Origin: an uncultured Oscillospiraceae bacterium
GTDB taxonomy: Bacteria > Bacillota > Clostridia > Oscillospirales > Oscillospiraceae
DNA: 47,203 bases
Assembly (NCBI GenBank): GCA_964539115.1
Contig: CAZIHY010000003.1
Coordinates: 1 to 47,203, forward strand
Direction: 5' to 3'
The notes beneath the pieces are model-generated. The model did not search any database. It had not been told where the DNA came from and saw only the letters and a program-made list of their open reading frames with translations. Of this stretch, positions 1 to 8,427 are shown one piece after another; within the stretch, counting starts at the first letter, position 1; every line of letters begins with the position of its first letter. Made by a program: the position numbers and the translations under genes.

Positions 1-28
1 AAATTTATTTTACATAAGAGGTGGTATC

Positions 29-1588
29 ATGTCCGAAAAAATCAGTGGCAAAGTCATAGAATACGGCGGCATTGTCACGGAAATTGAGATGGAAACCGAT
101 GTACTTATAGTCGGATGCGGCGCTTCCGGCGTATCGGCTGCTCTTGCCGCGGCTGAGCGAGGGGCGCATGTGATCATTATGGAACGATCCGCAGTTTTTG
201 GCGGAAGTGGTATTTATACCAGCGGAGGCTTTTTTGTCGATAGCTATTGCCAGAAGCGAGCGGGTGAAACTTACACCTGCAAGCAAGCGTATGATGATGC
301 GATGTACTTTGCAAATTATCTCTGCGACCCCATACTTATGCGTGATGTTATTTTTGAATCAGGAGAAACGGTTCGCTGGTGCGATAGTCATGGCGCTGGG
401 TTCTTCCTGATAGATAGCAATAAGTTCGATGATAAGGAGAGCCGTCCTTCAACTTTTCACGGGTGGAGAGAGAATGATGCCTTCTCAAACTTCAAGCGTG
501 AGCTTGATAATTTTGGGAACATAGAATACCTGATGGAAACTAAGTGTGTTGAACTTATCCAGAATAAAAACGGTGAGATCCTGGGAGCTGTTGGGGAAAG
601 GGCGGATGGCTGCAAGATCAAGATAAAAGCGGGCGCTGTTTATATTGGAACAGGTGGATACATAGGAAACCGCGAGATGATCGCGGAGGCGGTCGGCGAT
701 GAGGTCGCGAGTTATCTGATAATTGATGATCCTGAGGGAAGTGACGGAACCGGCATCCGCATGGCATGGAATGCGGGCGCTGCAAAGTGCGGTCATAAGC
801 TCCTGGGAACTTGCGGTGTGCGCACCGGCTTCGGACACACGAGTGATGGTCTGTCCGGAATTGATCTGCTTACCTGTTTGCCCATACTTTGGGTAAACCG
901 TGACGGCCGCCGTTTTATGAATGAGGAGATCATATTCAACACGCTTTATTTCAGCAACACGATCCTTACACAGGGAGGTTTTTCCTTTATAATTTTTGAC
1001 CAAGCTTCAATAGACCAATGGAAGACTGGTAAAATACCGCTCAAAATGGCCAATAATGACCGCTTTAGTGAAGAGCGCAGCTGTCCGCCGGTCACAAGCT
1101 TTGAGGATGACTTTGCAGCCGCTGTTAAAGGCGGGGGCGGATTCAAGGCCGATACGATTGCAGAATTGGCGGAAAAAATCGGCGCAGAGCCGGAAACTCT
1201 TACAAAAACAGTCTTTGACTATAATGAAGCGGTCGACAGTAAAGTCGACAATGAGTTCTTCAAGAGTGAAGAGAGCCTGATTTTTCCAGTTAAGGAAGGC
1301 CCGTTTTATGCGATCAGATGCCGACTTCAGACACGGTGCACTCATGGCGGAGTGGCAGTCAACCGTATGATGCAGGCTATTGACGAAAATGGTACGGTTA
1401 TACCAAATCTCTATGTCGGCGGCAATGATGCCGGTGGATTGTATTTCGTGTCATATTCCAACCAGACGGGTATGGCTCTGAGCTGGGCGCTGACAAGCGG
1501 AAGGACTGCGGGCATCAGAATGGCTGAGCAGCTTGGGTTTGATAAAGTTGTCAAACCCCCTCTCTATCCTGATCCTGAGGAGGTTTGA
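29..1588 (+). CDS. FAD-dependent oxidoreductase, fumarate reductase/flavocytochrome-c/KstD-like flavoprotein (FAD_binding_2 type), without FMN_bind domain
   Basis: 519-aa ORF with RBS AAGAGGTGG just upstream. N-terminal dinucleotide-binding motif VLIVGCGASGVSAALAAAERGA. C-terminal THGGVAVN...YVGGNDAGGLY block typical of this flavoenzyme family. Clearly paralogous to the FAD module of the next gene. Confidence 0.8.
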   Translation: MSEKISGKVIEYGGIVTEIEMETDVLIVGCGASGVSAALAAAERGAHVIIMERSAVFGGSGIYTSGGFFVDSYCQKRAGETYTCKQAYDDAMYFANYLCDPILMRDVIFESGETVRWCDSHGAGFFLIDSNKFDDKESRPSTFHGWRENDAFSNFKRELDNFGNIEYLMETKCVELIQNKNGEILGAVGERADGCKIKIKAGAVYIGTGGYIGNREMIAEAVGDEVASYLIIDDPEGSDGTGIRMAWNAGAAKCGHKLLGTCGVRTGFGHTSDGLSGIDLLTCLPILWVNRDGRRFMNEEIIFNTLYFSNTILTQGGFSFIIFDQASIDQWKTGKIPLKMANNDRFSEERSCPPVTSFEDDFAAAVKGGGGFKADTIAELAEKIGAEPETLTKTVFDYNEAVDSKVDNEFFKSEESLIFPVKEGPFYAIRCRLQTRCTHGGVAVNRMMQAIDENGTVIPNLYVGGNDAGGLYFVSYSNQTGMALSWALTSGRTAGIRMAEQLGFDKVVKPPLYPDPEEV

Positions 1589-1590
1589 AC

Positions 1591-3345
1591 ATGATCAAAA
1601 AATATATTGGATCTGCAGAGGGATACGGCGGAGATATCACAGCAAAAATCGAAATCGAAAACAGCAAGATAATTTCCGTCGAACTGGAAGGCAACAATGA
1701 GACAAAAGGCATTGGAGACCGCGCCATAGACAAGCTCGGAACTGAATTTATCAAAAGACAGACCTGGGATGTTGATGCGGTTTCCGGCGCTACTATTACC
1801 AGCAGCGGAGCAAAGAACGCAATGCGCGCAGCACTTATAAACGCCGGTCTTGAGAAAGAAAATTGCGCAGAGGAGAAGTTGGAGGCCGATATTGTCATCG
1901 TTGGCTGCGGCATTACCGGTATAACCGCGGGTCTGGCAGCGGCTGAGAGAGGCGCAAATGTAATAATGCTGGAGCGCACAGATGTTTTCGGTGGTAACGG
2001 CCTGCACGCACATGGAGGATACTTTGTTGGCACGTATCTGCAGAAAGAAGTCGGTGAGACCTTCTGCCTCAAGGATGCATTTGAACAGGCAATGGTTTTC
2101 AACAACTATCTATGTGACCCGCTTATTATGCGCAAACATCTCGGAGAAGGTGCGGAGACGATCCGCTGGCTGAATAAGGACCATGATGCAGGAATGACTC
2201 TGCCGCATGTATATAAATCCTCGGCTCTGGAAGGTGAACCGTTCACATATCACGCTTGGGATGAACAGCGCACCCTATGGTCAAAATTCCGTGCAGAGTT
2301 GGAGGGACGGGATAATGTTCGTATACTGTTTGAAACCAAGGGTACTGAGCTTGTTATGGACGCTGACGGCACAGTATCCGGTGTTGTCGCAGAAAGGAGC
2401 GACGGAACAATAGTTCATATCAACTGCAAGGCTGCCTATATGGCAAGCGGCGGCTATCTAAGCAATGACGCAATGCTCAAAGACGCCATAGGCAGCGAGC
2501 TTGTAAAATACCTCGTCAAGGATACATCGGCGGTCTGCGATGGAAGCGGACTGAGGATGGCTTGGGCAGTAGGAGCAGGAAGATGTAATGACGATATGAT
2601 AACCAATCATGGCGGACGCTCTGGTCTAGGCGGAAAGGACGGACTTTTTGGCATCGATTTTCTGCTTTATATACCGATCCTCTGGGTCAATAAATTTGGC
2701 GAGCGATTTATGGATGAAGAAAAGGTGCCAAATGCACTCTTCTTCAGCAACCTTTTGATTTCTCAGAAGGGAAGAGCCCTTGTTGTCTTTGACCAAGCAT
2801 CGCTCGATGAATGGAAGGTTAAGAAGATTCCATTAAAAATGGCATTCTGGGACCGTTTCAGCGACGATTATTATTGTCCGCCGGTTACGACCTTTGAAGA
2901 AGACTTTGCAGAGGCTCAGGCAGTTGGACGTGGCTTTAAGGCGGATACTATTGAAGAGCTTGCATATGTGAGCGGTATGAATGCGGAAACCCTGAAAAAG
3001 ACTGTGTCAAGTTACAACAAATATGTCTCGCAGAAGCAGGATGAAGAGTTCTGCAAATCGCCGGAAAGCCTGATTTTCCCTGTTGAAAAGGGGCCGTTCT
3101 ATGCAGTGCAGTGCAGGGTGCAGGCTCAGGGCACTGTTGGCGGTATAAAGATTAATGACAGCATGCAGGTCGTGACACAGGAGGGGGAGGTCATACCTGG
3201 ACTTTTCGCCGGAGGCGCAGATGCCGGCGGTCTGTATAACGGCTCATACTCCATTCAGGCAGGAACAGCTGTAAGCTGGGCGTTGACCAGCGGAAGACTG
3301 GCTGGAATTGAAATGTCAAAATACATTGAAAGACAGTTTGGCTAA
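1591..3345 (+). CDS. FMN_bind domain fused to FAD-dependent reductase (urocanate/fumarate-reductase-like flavin reductase)
   Basis: GGAGG RBS (1579-1583) then ATG 1591; the track start TTG 1585 overlaps the upstream TGA. N-terminal ~90 aa resemble an FMN_bind domain with motif D-A-V-S-G-A-T-I-T-S (nt 1774-1803). This is followed by IVIVGCGITGITAGLAAAERGA and a C-terminal GTVGGIKIN...FAGGADAGGLY block. Confidence 0.8.
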   Translation: MIKKYIGSAEGYGGDITAKIEIENSKIISVELEGNNETKGIGDRAIDKLGTEFIKRQTWDVDAVSGATITSSGAKNAMRAALINAGLEKENCAEEKLEADIVIVGCGITGITAGLAAAERGANVIMLERTDVFGGNGLHAHGGYFVGTYLQKEVGETFCLKDAFEQAMVFNNYLCDPLIMRKHLGEGAETIRWLNKDHDAGMTLPHVYKSSALEGEPFTYHAWDEQRTLWSKFRAELEGRDNVRILFETKGTELVMDADGTVSGVVAERSDGTIVHINCKAAYMASGGYLSNDAMLKDAIGSELVKYLVKDTSAVCDGSGLRMAWAVGAGRCNDDMITNHGGRSGLGGKDGLFGIDFLLYIPILWVNKFGERFMDEEKVPNALFFSNLLISQKGRALVVFDQASLDEWKVKKIPLKMAFWDRFSDDYYCPPVTTFEEDFAEAQAVGRGFKADTIEELAYVSGMNAETLKKTVSSYNKYVSQKQDEEFCKSPESLIFPVEKGPFYAVQCRVQAQGTVGGIKINDSMQVVTQEGEVIPGLFAGGADAGGLYNGSYSIQAGTAVSWALTSGRLAGIEMSKYIERQFG

Positions 3346-3350
3346 ATTGA

Positions 3351-3379
3351 AAACGGAGCAGAATAATTCTGCTCCGTTT
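3351..3379. terminator. Hairpin between convergent genes, probable bidirectional intrinsic terminator
   Basis: AAACGGAGCAGAAT / ATTCTGCTCCGTTT, a 14-bp perfect inverted repeat followed by TATATATTTT on the + strand. It overlaps the stop codon of the minus-strand DUF1836 gene. Confidence 0.6.
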
Positions 3380-3860
3380 ATATATTTTCAGCCTCTATCT
3401 CATCCAATATGGACTCAAAACGAAGCTTACACACAAGTGTTCTGATAGCTGCGGTCATCAGCGGAGGACAGGAAGCCTCTACGCATTTCTTGGTATTATC
3501 AGAGAATTCATCTTGCAAATTGGCTTCGAGGGATTTACAAAACTTGCTGTAAAGCTCCTCGGTATTTTTGAATTGCATGAGCACATCGAGCTCAGACATT
3601 GTCAGCACGCGTTTAAGCAAGGTTATCATAATAAGGCGTGCAATGTGTTCTTTAGAGTATTTCTTTTTTTCTGAAGGCGCAATGAGTTTTATTTTGACAT
3701 AATTGTTGATCATCGTTGCAGTTGCGGCCATTTCCCCCGGTTTTAAAAGAGGGGCGACAGCGTCCTGAAGAATTATGAGAACCTGATCCATATAGAGAGC
3801 AACGGCCGGAAGCTCATCCCAGCGTGGACAGTGATAGATATTTGACTGAGTGTTAAGCAT
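3378..3860 (-). CDS. DUF1836 domain protein
   Basis: Motifs ...MINNYVKIKLIAPSEKKKYSKEHIARLIMITLLKRVLTMSE... match my memory of the DUF1836 family. The preferred start is the internal ATG at 3860, preceded by AGAGGTGA; the track ORF extends to 3890. Confidence 0.6.
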   Translation of the reverse strand: MLNTQSNIYHCPRWDELPAVALYMDQVLIILQDAVAPLLKPGEMAATATMINNYVKIKLIAPSEKKKYSKEHIARLIMITLLKRVLTMSELDVLMQFKNTEELYSKFCKSLEANLQDEFSDNTKKCVEASCPPLMTAAIRTLVCKLRFESILDEIEAENI

Positions 3861-3902
3861 ATAATCACCTCTTCTTAAACAGAATAACATATTATTAAAA
3901 TA

Positions 3903-3944
3903 ATGTCAACGAGTGTTGACATCGCCACAATAATATGATAAACT
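3903..3944. promoter_or_regulatory. Palindrome ATGTCAAC-GAGT-GTTGACAT providing back-to-back TTGACA -35 boxes for divergent promoters
   Basis: + strand: TTGACA (3916-3921), 17-nt spacer, TGaTAAACT extended -10 (3936-3944). - strand: TTGACA (3909-3904), 17-nt spacer, TATTCT (3886-3881). The arms are an 8-bp perfect inverted repeat (3903-3910 / 3915-3922). Confidence 0.35.
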
Positions 3945-3988
3945 CATTACATCCAGAGTTAAATACCACATCATGTGAGGCGAAAAAC

Positions 3989-4696
3989 ATGCCAAATGCA
4001 ATTAAAATCACGATTTATGGCGATTCCATTATGAAAGCAACGATCCCCGATGAGCGTTTTCGCTATCATTTTACAATAAAATCATATCTTGAAAAGCTCC
4101 AAAGCATGTTTCCAGTTGAGATAAGAAACAGAGCGGTATTCGGCTCCTGTATATCAAAGGGTGAAAAACAACTGGAAGCGGATCTGGAGCGGGCCGATAT
4201 CGGCAGCATCGCCCTTTTGGAGTTTGGCGGCAACGATTGCAATTTCCATTGGGATGAGATAGCTGATTCTCCGGAAAATGAGCATCTGCCTTTTACCTCT
4301 TTGGAAAGTTTTGTTTCAACACTTGAGAAAATGGCAAAAAAGCTGGTACAGCGCGGGATAAAGCCTGTTTTGATGACCCTTCCTCCGATAGATTCAACAA
4401 AGTATTTGAACTATATCGGACGTGATGGGAAGAACTGCGGCAATATTCTCAGATGGCTGGGCGATGTGAACATGATATACAGGTTTCATGAGATGTATTC
4501 AAACGCAATTACAAAGCTGGCGCTTGAAAATAAGTATGAACTTGTTGATATTCGTGCCCATTTCCTTAATAAGCACAACTATAGTGAGCTTATATCTGAT
4601 GATGGCATCCATCCGTCCGAAAAGGGATATGACCTTATATTTAATACTTTTACCGGGATGCTTTCAAAGATCTTTATGAGTACCATGACAGCATAA
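3989..4696 (+). CDS. SGNH/GDSL-family hydrolase (esterase/lipase-like)
   Basis: Block I ITIYGDSIM (GDS), block III FGGNDC, block V DGIHPS. ATG 3989 is preceded by GTGAGG. The track start 3935 would lie inside the predicted promoter. Confidence 0.75.
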   Translation: MPNAIKITIYGDSIMKATIPDERFRYHFTIKSYLEKLQSMFPVEIRNRAVFGSCISKGEKQLEADLERADIGSIALLEFGGNDCNFHWDEIADSPENEHLPFTSLESFVSTLEKMAKKLVQRGIKPVLMTLPPIDSTKYLNYIGRDGKNCGNILRWLGDVNMIYRFHEMYSNAITKLALENKYELVDIRAHFLNKHNYSELISDDGIHPSEKGYDLIFNTFTGMLSKIFMSTMTA

Positions 4697-4699
4697 GTC

Positions 4700-4728
4700 G
4701 ACCCCCAGATGCATTTCATCTGGGGGTC
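4700..4728. terminator. GC-rich hairpin between convergent genes
   Basis: GACCCCCAGATG-cattt-CATCTGGGGGTC, a 12-bp perfect stem. The flanking U-tracts are weak. Confidence 0.5.
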
Positions 4729-4732
4729 AACT

Positions 4733-5260
4733 TTATACCTTGTATATATAATTTTCCTTACGCTTTGGCGCTTCAGGTATATCACATGCCGGATAACCGA
4801 GGACTATTTGGCAAATGCCGATATAATCTCCCTCGATCCCCCATTCGCGAAGCAGAGCCTTGCCCTCCTCGCTATCGAAAATATCACGCGCCCTGTGGAC
4901 CCAGCATGAGCCGATGCCAAGGCTAAAAGCGGCGTTCATTATGTTGCCAGCGATAAGTGCGCCATCCTCCGCAGGAGCGCCGCTGTCGCTCCTTGCGATT
5001 ATAGTGACAAGGGTCGATGCGTTGTAATATGGGCGAATATCCGTCTTTTTGCTTGGGATATACTTGGCGTTCATTATCTCAAGCTTGCGAATCAATTCCC
5101 GATCCTGTGTAACGATAACTGTTGCAGACTGCTGATTTCCGCCGCTGGGAGCATATATTCCTGCTTTGAGAATCTCGTCGAGAATATCTTCGGGGATCAT
5201 CTCATCGGTGTAAGCACGGATACTGCGTCTGCCAAGCAGACATCTGATAGTTTCGTTCAT
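4733..5260 (-). CDS. Nitroreductase-family protein
   Basis: N-terminal LLGRRSIRAYTDE motif and ...PSGGNQQS... typical of the NADH/FMN nitroreductase fold. RBS GGAGG upstream. It lies 21 nt downstream of znuB on the same strand. Confidence 0.8.
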   Translation of the reverse strand: MNETIRCLLGRRSIRAYTDEMIPEDILDEILKAGIYAPSGGNQQSATVIVTQDRELIRKLEIMNAKYIPSKKTDIRPYYNASTLVTIIARSDSGAPAEDGALIAGNIMNAAFSLGIGSCWVHRARDIFDSEEGKALLREWGIEGDYIGICQIVLGYPACDIPEAPKRKENYIYKV

Positions 5261-5281
5261 AGTTAACCTCCTAAAATACTT

Positions 5282-6100
5282 TCAGTGCGCCTTTATCAAG
5301 GCGGCAGCCGAGAAAATCAAAAATGCAGCGATATTTACTATAACAATACTGGCTCCTGCCGGCGCTCCGCATAGAAAAGAGAGAGAGATCCCTATCAGGA
5401 AACAGACGACAGAGACAATAGCAGAACTGATGATTACAGATTTGAAGCGCTTAAAAACTCGCATTGATGTAAGGGCAGGGAAGATAATGAGACTGGATAT
5501 AAGGAGGGCTCCCATCATTCTCATGCCGAGTACAATAGTGATCGCGGTCAAAAAAGCTATCAGCATGTTGAACATACCGGTCTTGACGCCAGTCGCCTTT
5601 GCGAAGGTCTCATCAAAGGTAACAGCAAAAATCTTTGTGTATGAAAAAATAAACAACAGGAGAACGACAATAGACAGAACAATGCTGAGCCACACATCGC
5701 CAGTACTCATTGAGAGAATGCTCCCAAACATGTAGTTTGACACATCTGCGGTCATACCGGTGGTTACAGAGACTACAAGTACGCCAACTGCAAGCGATCC
5801 TGTCGAGATAAGAGCTATCGCAGAGTCGCCCTTTATGCTGCTGCTTTCGCTTATACGCAAGAGCAGGAACGCAGCGATTACGACAACAGGCACGGCAACG
5901 GCAAGAGGCGCCAGTCCCAAAGCCATGGCAACAGCCAGCGCGCCGAAACCGACATGGGAAAGCCCGTCGCCGATCATGGAATACCGTTTCAATACAAGAG
6001 AAACGCCGAGCAGAGCGGCGCAAAGTGAAATCAGGACGCCAACAACAAGCGCACGTACCATAAATGGATAGTTAAACATAACAAGAAGTTGCTTAAGCAT
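5282..6100 (-). CDS. znuB: Metal (Zn/Mn-type, ABC-3) ABC transporter permease
   Basis: Highly hydrophobic protein with about 8-9 TM segments, in an ABC-3/TroCD/ZnuB-like context with znuC and znuA. The preferred start ATG 6100 is preceded by GGGAGGTGA and overlaps the znuC stop (ATGCTTAA). Confidence 0.75.
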   Translation of the reverse strand: MLKQLLVMFNYPFMVRALVVGVLISLCAALLGVSLVLKRYSMIGDGLSHVGFGALAVAMALGLAPLAVAVPVVVIAAFLLLRISESSSIKGDSAIALISTGSLAVGVLVVSVTTGMTADVSNYMFGSILSMSTGDVWLSIVLSIVVLLLFIFSYTKIFAVTFDETFAKATGVKTGMFNMLIAFLTAITIVLGMRMMGALLISSLIIFPALTSMRVFKRFKSVIISSAIVSVVCFLIGISLSFLCGAPAGASIVIVNIAAFLIFSAAALIKAH

Positions 6101-6803
6101 CCGTTTCACCTCCCGCAAAACGCTTTACTGCATCGCTGCTTAAATATTCCCGAGCTGTTCCATAAAATTGCGGAGTTTTGCGCAGATGCAGTATGTGGCT
6201 TGCGTCTTTTACAACAGATCCTATATCATGTGAGATCATGATTATTGCAACGCCCTTATCATTATTGAGCATCTTAATAATATCGTACATCTCCTTGGCA
6301 ACTATGGGGTCAAGTCCCGCGACCGGCTCATCAAGAAGCAGGAGTTTTTTTGTCGCGCAGAGTGCACGGGCAAGCAGTACACGCTGGCGCTGTCCGCCGG
6401 AAAGATCACGGTAGCATGTGTCTGAGAGTTCGGAAAGACCAAGAAGCTGCATATTCTCGCGCGCTTTTATTCGCTCAACTGCAGAGTAAAAAGGTTTTAT
6501 ACCGCGGGCATTTAGACAGCCGGAAATAACGACCTCATAGACAGAGGCAGGGAAGTCTTTCTGCAAGGGCGTCTGCTGAGGCAGATATCCTATCTCAGTA
6601 CGCTTCAGGCCCTGAGAAAATTCAATTTTTCCACTGGCAGGGGAAACAAGACCAAGTATTCCTTTTATAAGAGTTGATTTACCCGACCCATTTTCTCCTA
6701 CAACACAGAGATAGTCCTTATCGTTAACTGTAAAGTTTATATCTGATACAACGACAACTCCGTCGTATGCAAGCGAGAGATTTTCGCAAGTGATCAGTGG
6801 CAT
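6093..6803 (-). CDS. znuC: Metal ABC transporter ATP-binding protein
   Basis: Walker A GENGSGKST, signature LSGGQRQRV, Walker B LLLLDEP, H-loop ISHD. Confidence 0.85.
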   Translation of the reverse strand: MPLITCENLSLAYDGVVVVSDINFTVNDKDYLCVVGENGSGKSTLIKGILGLVSPASGKIEFSQGLKRTEIGYLPQQTPLQKDFPASVYEVVISGCLNARGIKPFYSAVERIKARENMQLLGLSELSDTCYRDLSGGQRQRVLLARALCATKKLLLLDEPVAGLDPIVAKEMYDIIKMLNNDKGVAIIMISHDIGSVVKDASHILHLRKTPQFYGTAREYLSSDAVKRFAGGETDA

Positions 6804-6804
6804 G

Positions 6805-7749
6805 TCAATTCAGAGCCTTTCTAAGGTTTTCGGCGTTTTGTGTCATAATGGAAATATAGCTCTCGCCGTTTTCAAGCTGCTCCGCTGTAACGCTATGGCA
6901 GGAGTGCATGAGAAGAGTTTCAGCTCCTGTGGCTTCGGAGATAGCGTCCGCTACCTTGTGGTTGGAAAATTCGATATAAAAAACTACAGGCAAATCCTCT
7001 TCTTTAACTTTATCTATAAGAAAAGCGATCGTTGCAGCGGAAGGCTCGCTCTCAGTGCTGCATCCAGGGAAGGCTGCGTAATACTCGATGCCATAGGCTT
7101 CGGTAAGATAGCGGAATGGAAAGCGGTCACCGATAACTATTGTGTTTCTAGCGGCGGAGTCCATGATCTCATCGAACAGTGAATCAAGCTTTGTCAGCTC
7201 TTTCTGATACGAAGCGTTTCCGGAAGTATAAACGGCAGCACCGGCCGGATCAAGGGCTGCCAGTTTCTCTGTTATTTTGTCACATATAAGCATTGCATTC
7301 TTGGGGGAAGCCCATACATGCTCGTCAAACTCTTCCTCATCTTCGTCATCGTGATATTCCATTCCCTCAACCAGTTCTTCAACAACAGGTTCAACACACT
7401 CCATAAGCGTGAGTGTTTCCGGCGCATTATTGCCCAGGGAATTGAGCATTTCGTCGACCCATGCATCGCTCTCGCCGCCAACGTAGATGAAAAGGTCACA
7501 TTCTCCGATAGCTATTATGTCTTGCGACGTGGGTTCAAAGCTGTGGCTTTCTGCGCCGGGAGGAAGAAGCATTTGTACGCTGATTTTACTATCCGAAATT
7601 TCTCGTACAAAATCATAAGGGGGGAATATGGTAGTGATCACGCTTAGTCCATCATCGGATGCTTCGGTGGTCATATTGGAGGAACATCCACCGAGCAAAA
7701 GCAGCGAAACCATAGACAATACGGGAATTATTAGTTTTAATATCTTCAA
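6805..7749 (-). CDS. znuA: Metal ABC transporter substrate-binding lipoprotein, ZnuA-like
   Basis: Lipobox LLLGGC and a cluster-9 SBP fold. The acidic/His-rich loop EYHDDEDEEEFDEH is typical of zinc-specific ZnuA/AdcA. The likely start TTG 7749 follows GGAAGGAG and overlaps the zur stop (TTGA). Confidence 0.75.
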   Translation of the reverse strand: MKILKLIIPVLSMVSLLLLGGCSSNMTTEASDDGLSVITTIFPPYDFVREISDSKISVQMLLPPGAESHSFEPTSQDIIAIGECDLFIYVGGESDAWVDEMLNSLGNNAPETLTLMECVEPVVEELVEGMEYHDDEDEEEFDEHVWASPKNAMLICDKITEKLAALDPAGAAVYTSGNASYQKELTKLDSLFDEIMDSAARNTIVIGDRFPFRYLTEAYGIEYYAAFPGCSTESEPSAATIAFLIDKVKEEDLPVVFYIEFSNHKVADAISEATGAETLLMHSCHSVTAEQLENGESYISIMTQNAENLRKALN

Positions 7750-8162
7750 TTGTTCTCCTTCCGCGCGCTGCAATTGCCGCATATGCCATAGACGATCGTT
7801 CTTGTACTGTCAAGCTTAAAGCTGTGTCCCTCTTTGAGGTGTGCGCTTAGCATGCTGGCAAAATCGCAGCGTGCACGTGTGACACCGCCGCAGGAGAGAC
7901 ATTTGAGTATAAGACTGTCGTCCAGCTCAGACGCATCGTTTATATAGCGATAGGCAGCGCTTTCACGGCCTGAGTAGCTGAGCTTTTCAACAACGCCCTC
8001 TTCTACTAGGAGTGCCAAAGCTCGGTAAATCGTCGCCTCTCCGACAGAGTAGCCTTCTGCTGAAAGGTCGCTGCGTATCTCGCCGATGGTACGGGCCTCA
8101 TCTGCACTGCGGCGCATATTCTCAAGAATGAGTTTTCTTTGCTTTGTGTTATATGTGGCCAT
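7746..8162 (-). CDS. zur: Fur-family metalloregulator, probably Zur
   Basis: 138 aa with a winged-helix N-terminus (NTKQRKLILENM...) and two CxxC pairs (CLSCGG ... CGNC). It is the first gene of the znu operon. ATG 8162 is preceded by GGGAG; the track start 8204 would cover the operator. Confidence 0.7.
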   Translation of the reverse strand: MATYNTKQRKLILENMRRSADEARTIGEIRSDLSAEGYSVGEATIYRALALLVEEGVVEKLSYSGRESAAYRYINDASELDDSLILKCLSCGGVTRARCDFASMLSAHLKEGHSFKLDSTRTIVYGICGNCSARKENN

Positions 8163-8188
8163 ATATATCTCCCGAGAAAAAATGAACT

Positions 8189-8204
8189 TGAAAATTAATT
8201 TCAT
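8189..8204 (-). promoter_or_regulatory. Perfect 16-bp palindrome TGAAAATTAATTTTCA, candidate Fur/Zur-family operator
   Basis: Perfect dyad whose half-site TGAAAAT resembles the Fur-box half-site TGATAAT. It sits immediately downstream of the predicted -10, so it overlaps the expected transcription start of the zur-znu operon. Confidence 0.5.
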
Positions 8205-8210
8205 TTTCTA

Positions 8211-8239
8211 TTTTAACATTGTGGAATAAAAAAGGCAAG
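8211..8239 (-). promoter_or_regulatory. Sigma-A-type promoter of the zur-znuACB operon
   Basis: Minus strand: TTGCCT (8239-8234), 17-nt spacer ending in TGt, then TAAAAT (8216-8211). Confidence 0.4.
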
Positions 8240-8379
8240 AATTTTTTAGTTCTGGGACGAAAGAACATTCAGAGCTGATATGCCAGGCATGCGTATACGA
8301 CAGATCGACAAAACACGTATGAATTTGCAGGAAGAGGATCTAAGATTCAGAACGATAGGGAGGAAGCGGGAAATATTAA

Positions 8380-8408
8380 AGCCCGACGGGATAAAACCGT
8401 CGGGCTTC
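8380..8408 (-). terminator. Intrinsic terminator of the thiolase operon
   Basis: AAGCCCGACGG-gataaaa-CCGTCGGGCTT. On the minus strand the stem is followed by TTAATATTT. It lies 20 nt past the thiolase stop codon. Confidence 0.65.
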
Positions 8409-8427
8409 ATTATAAGTTGATAGATTA

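Noticed and set aside
7746-8204. N-terminal extensions suggested by the ORF track (zur to 8204, recD2 to 34152, SGNH to 3935, comFC to 36442, YbjQ to 14015, vWA-FHA to 23046)
   Set aside because: In each case an internal start has a much better RBS and spacing. The family-typical N-terminus begins there, and the extension would cover a promoter or operator or overlap the upstream gene extensively.
8281-8424. 47-codon + strand ORF in the zur/thiolase intergenic region
   Set aside because: It has no Shine-Dalgarno sequence, and the ORF runs through the thiolase terminator hairpin. I judge it a chance ORF.
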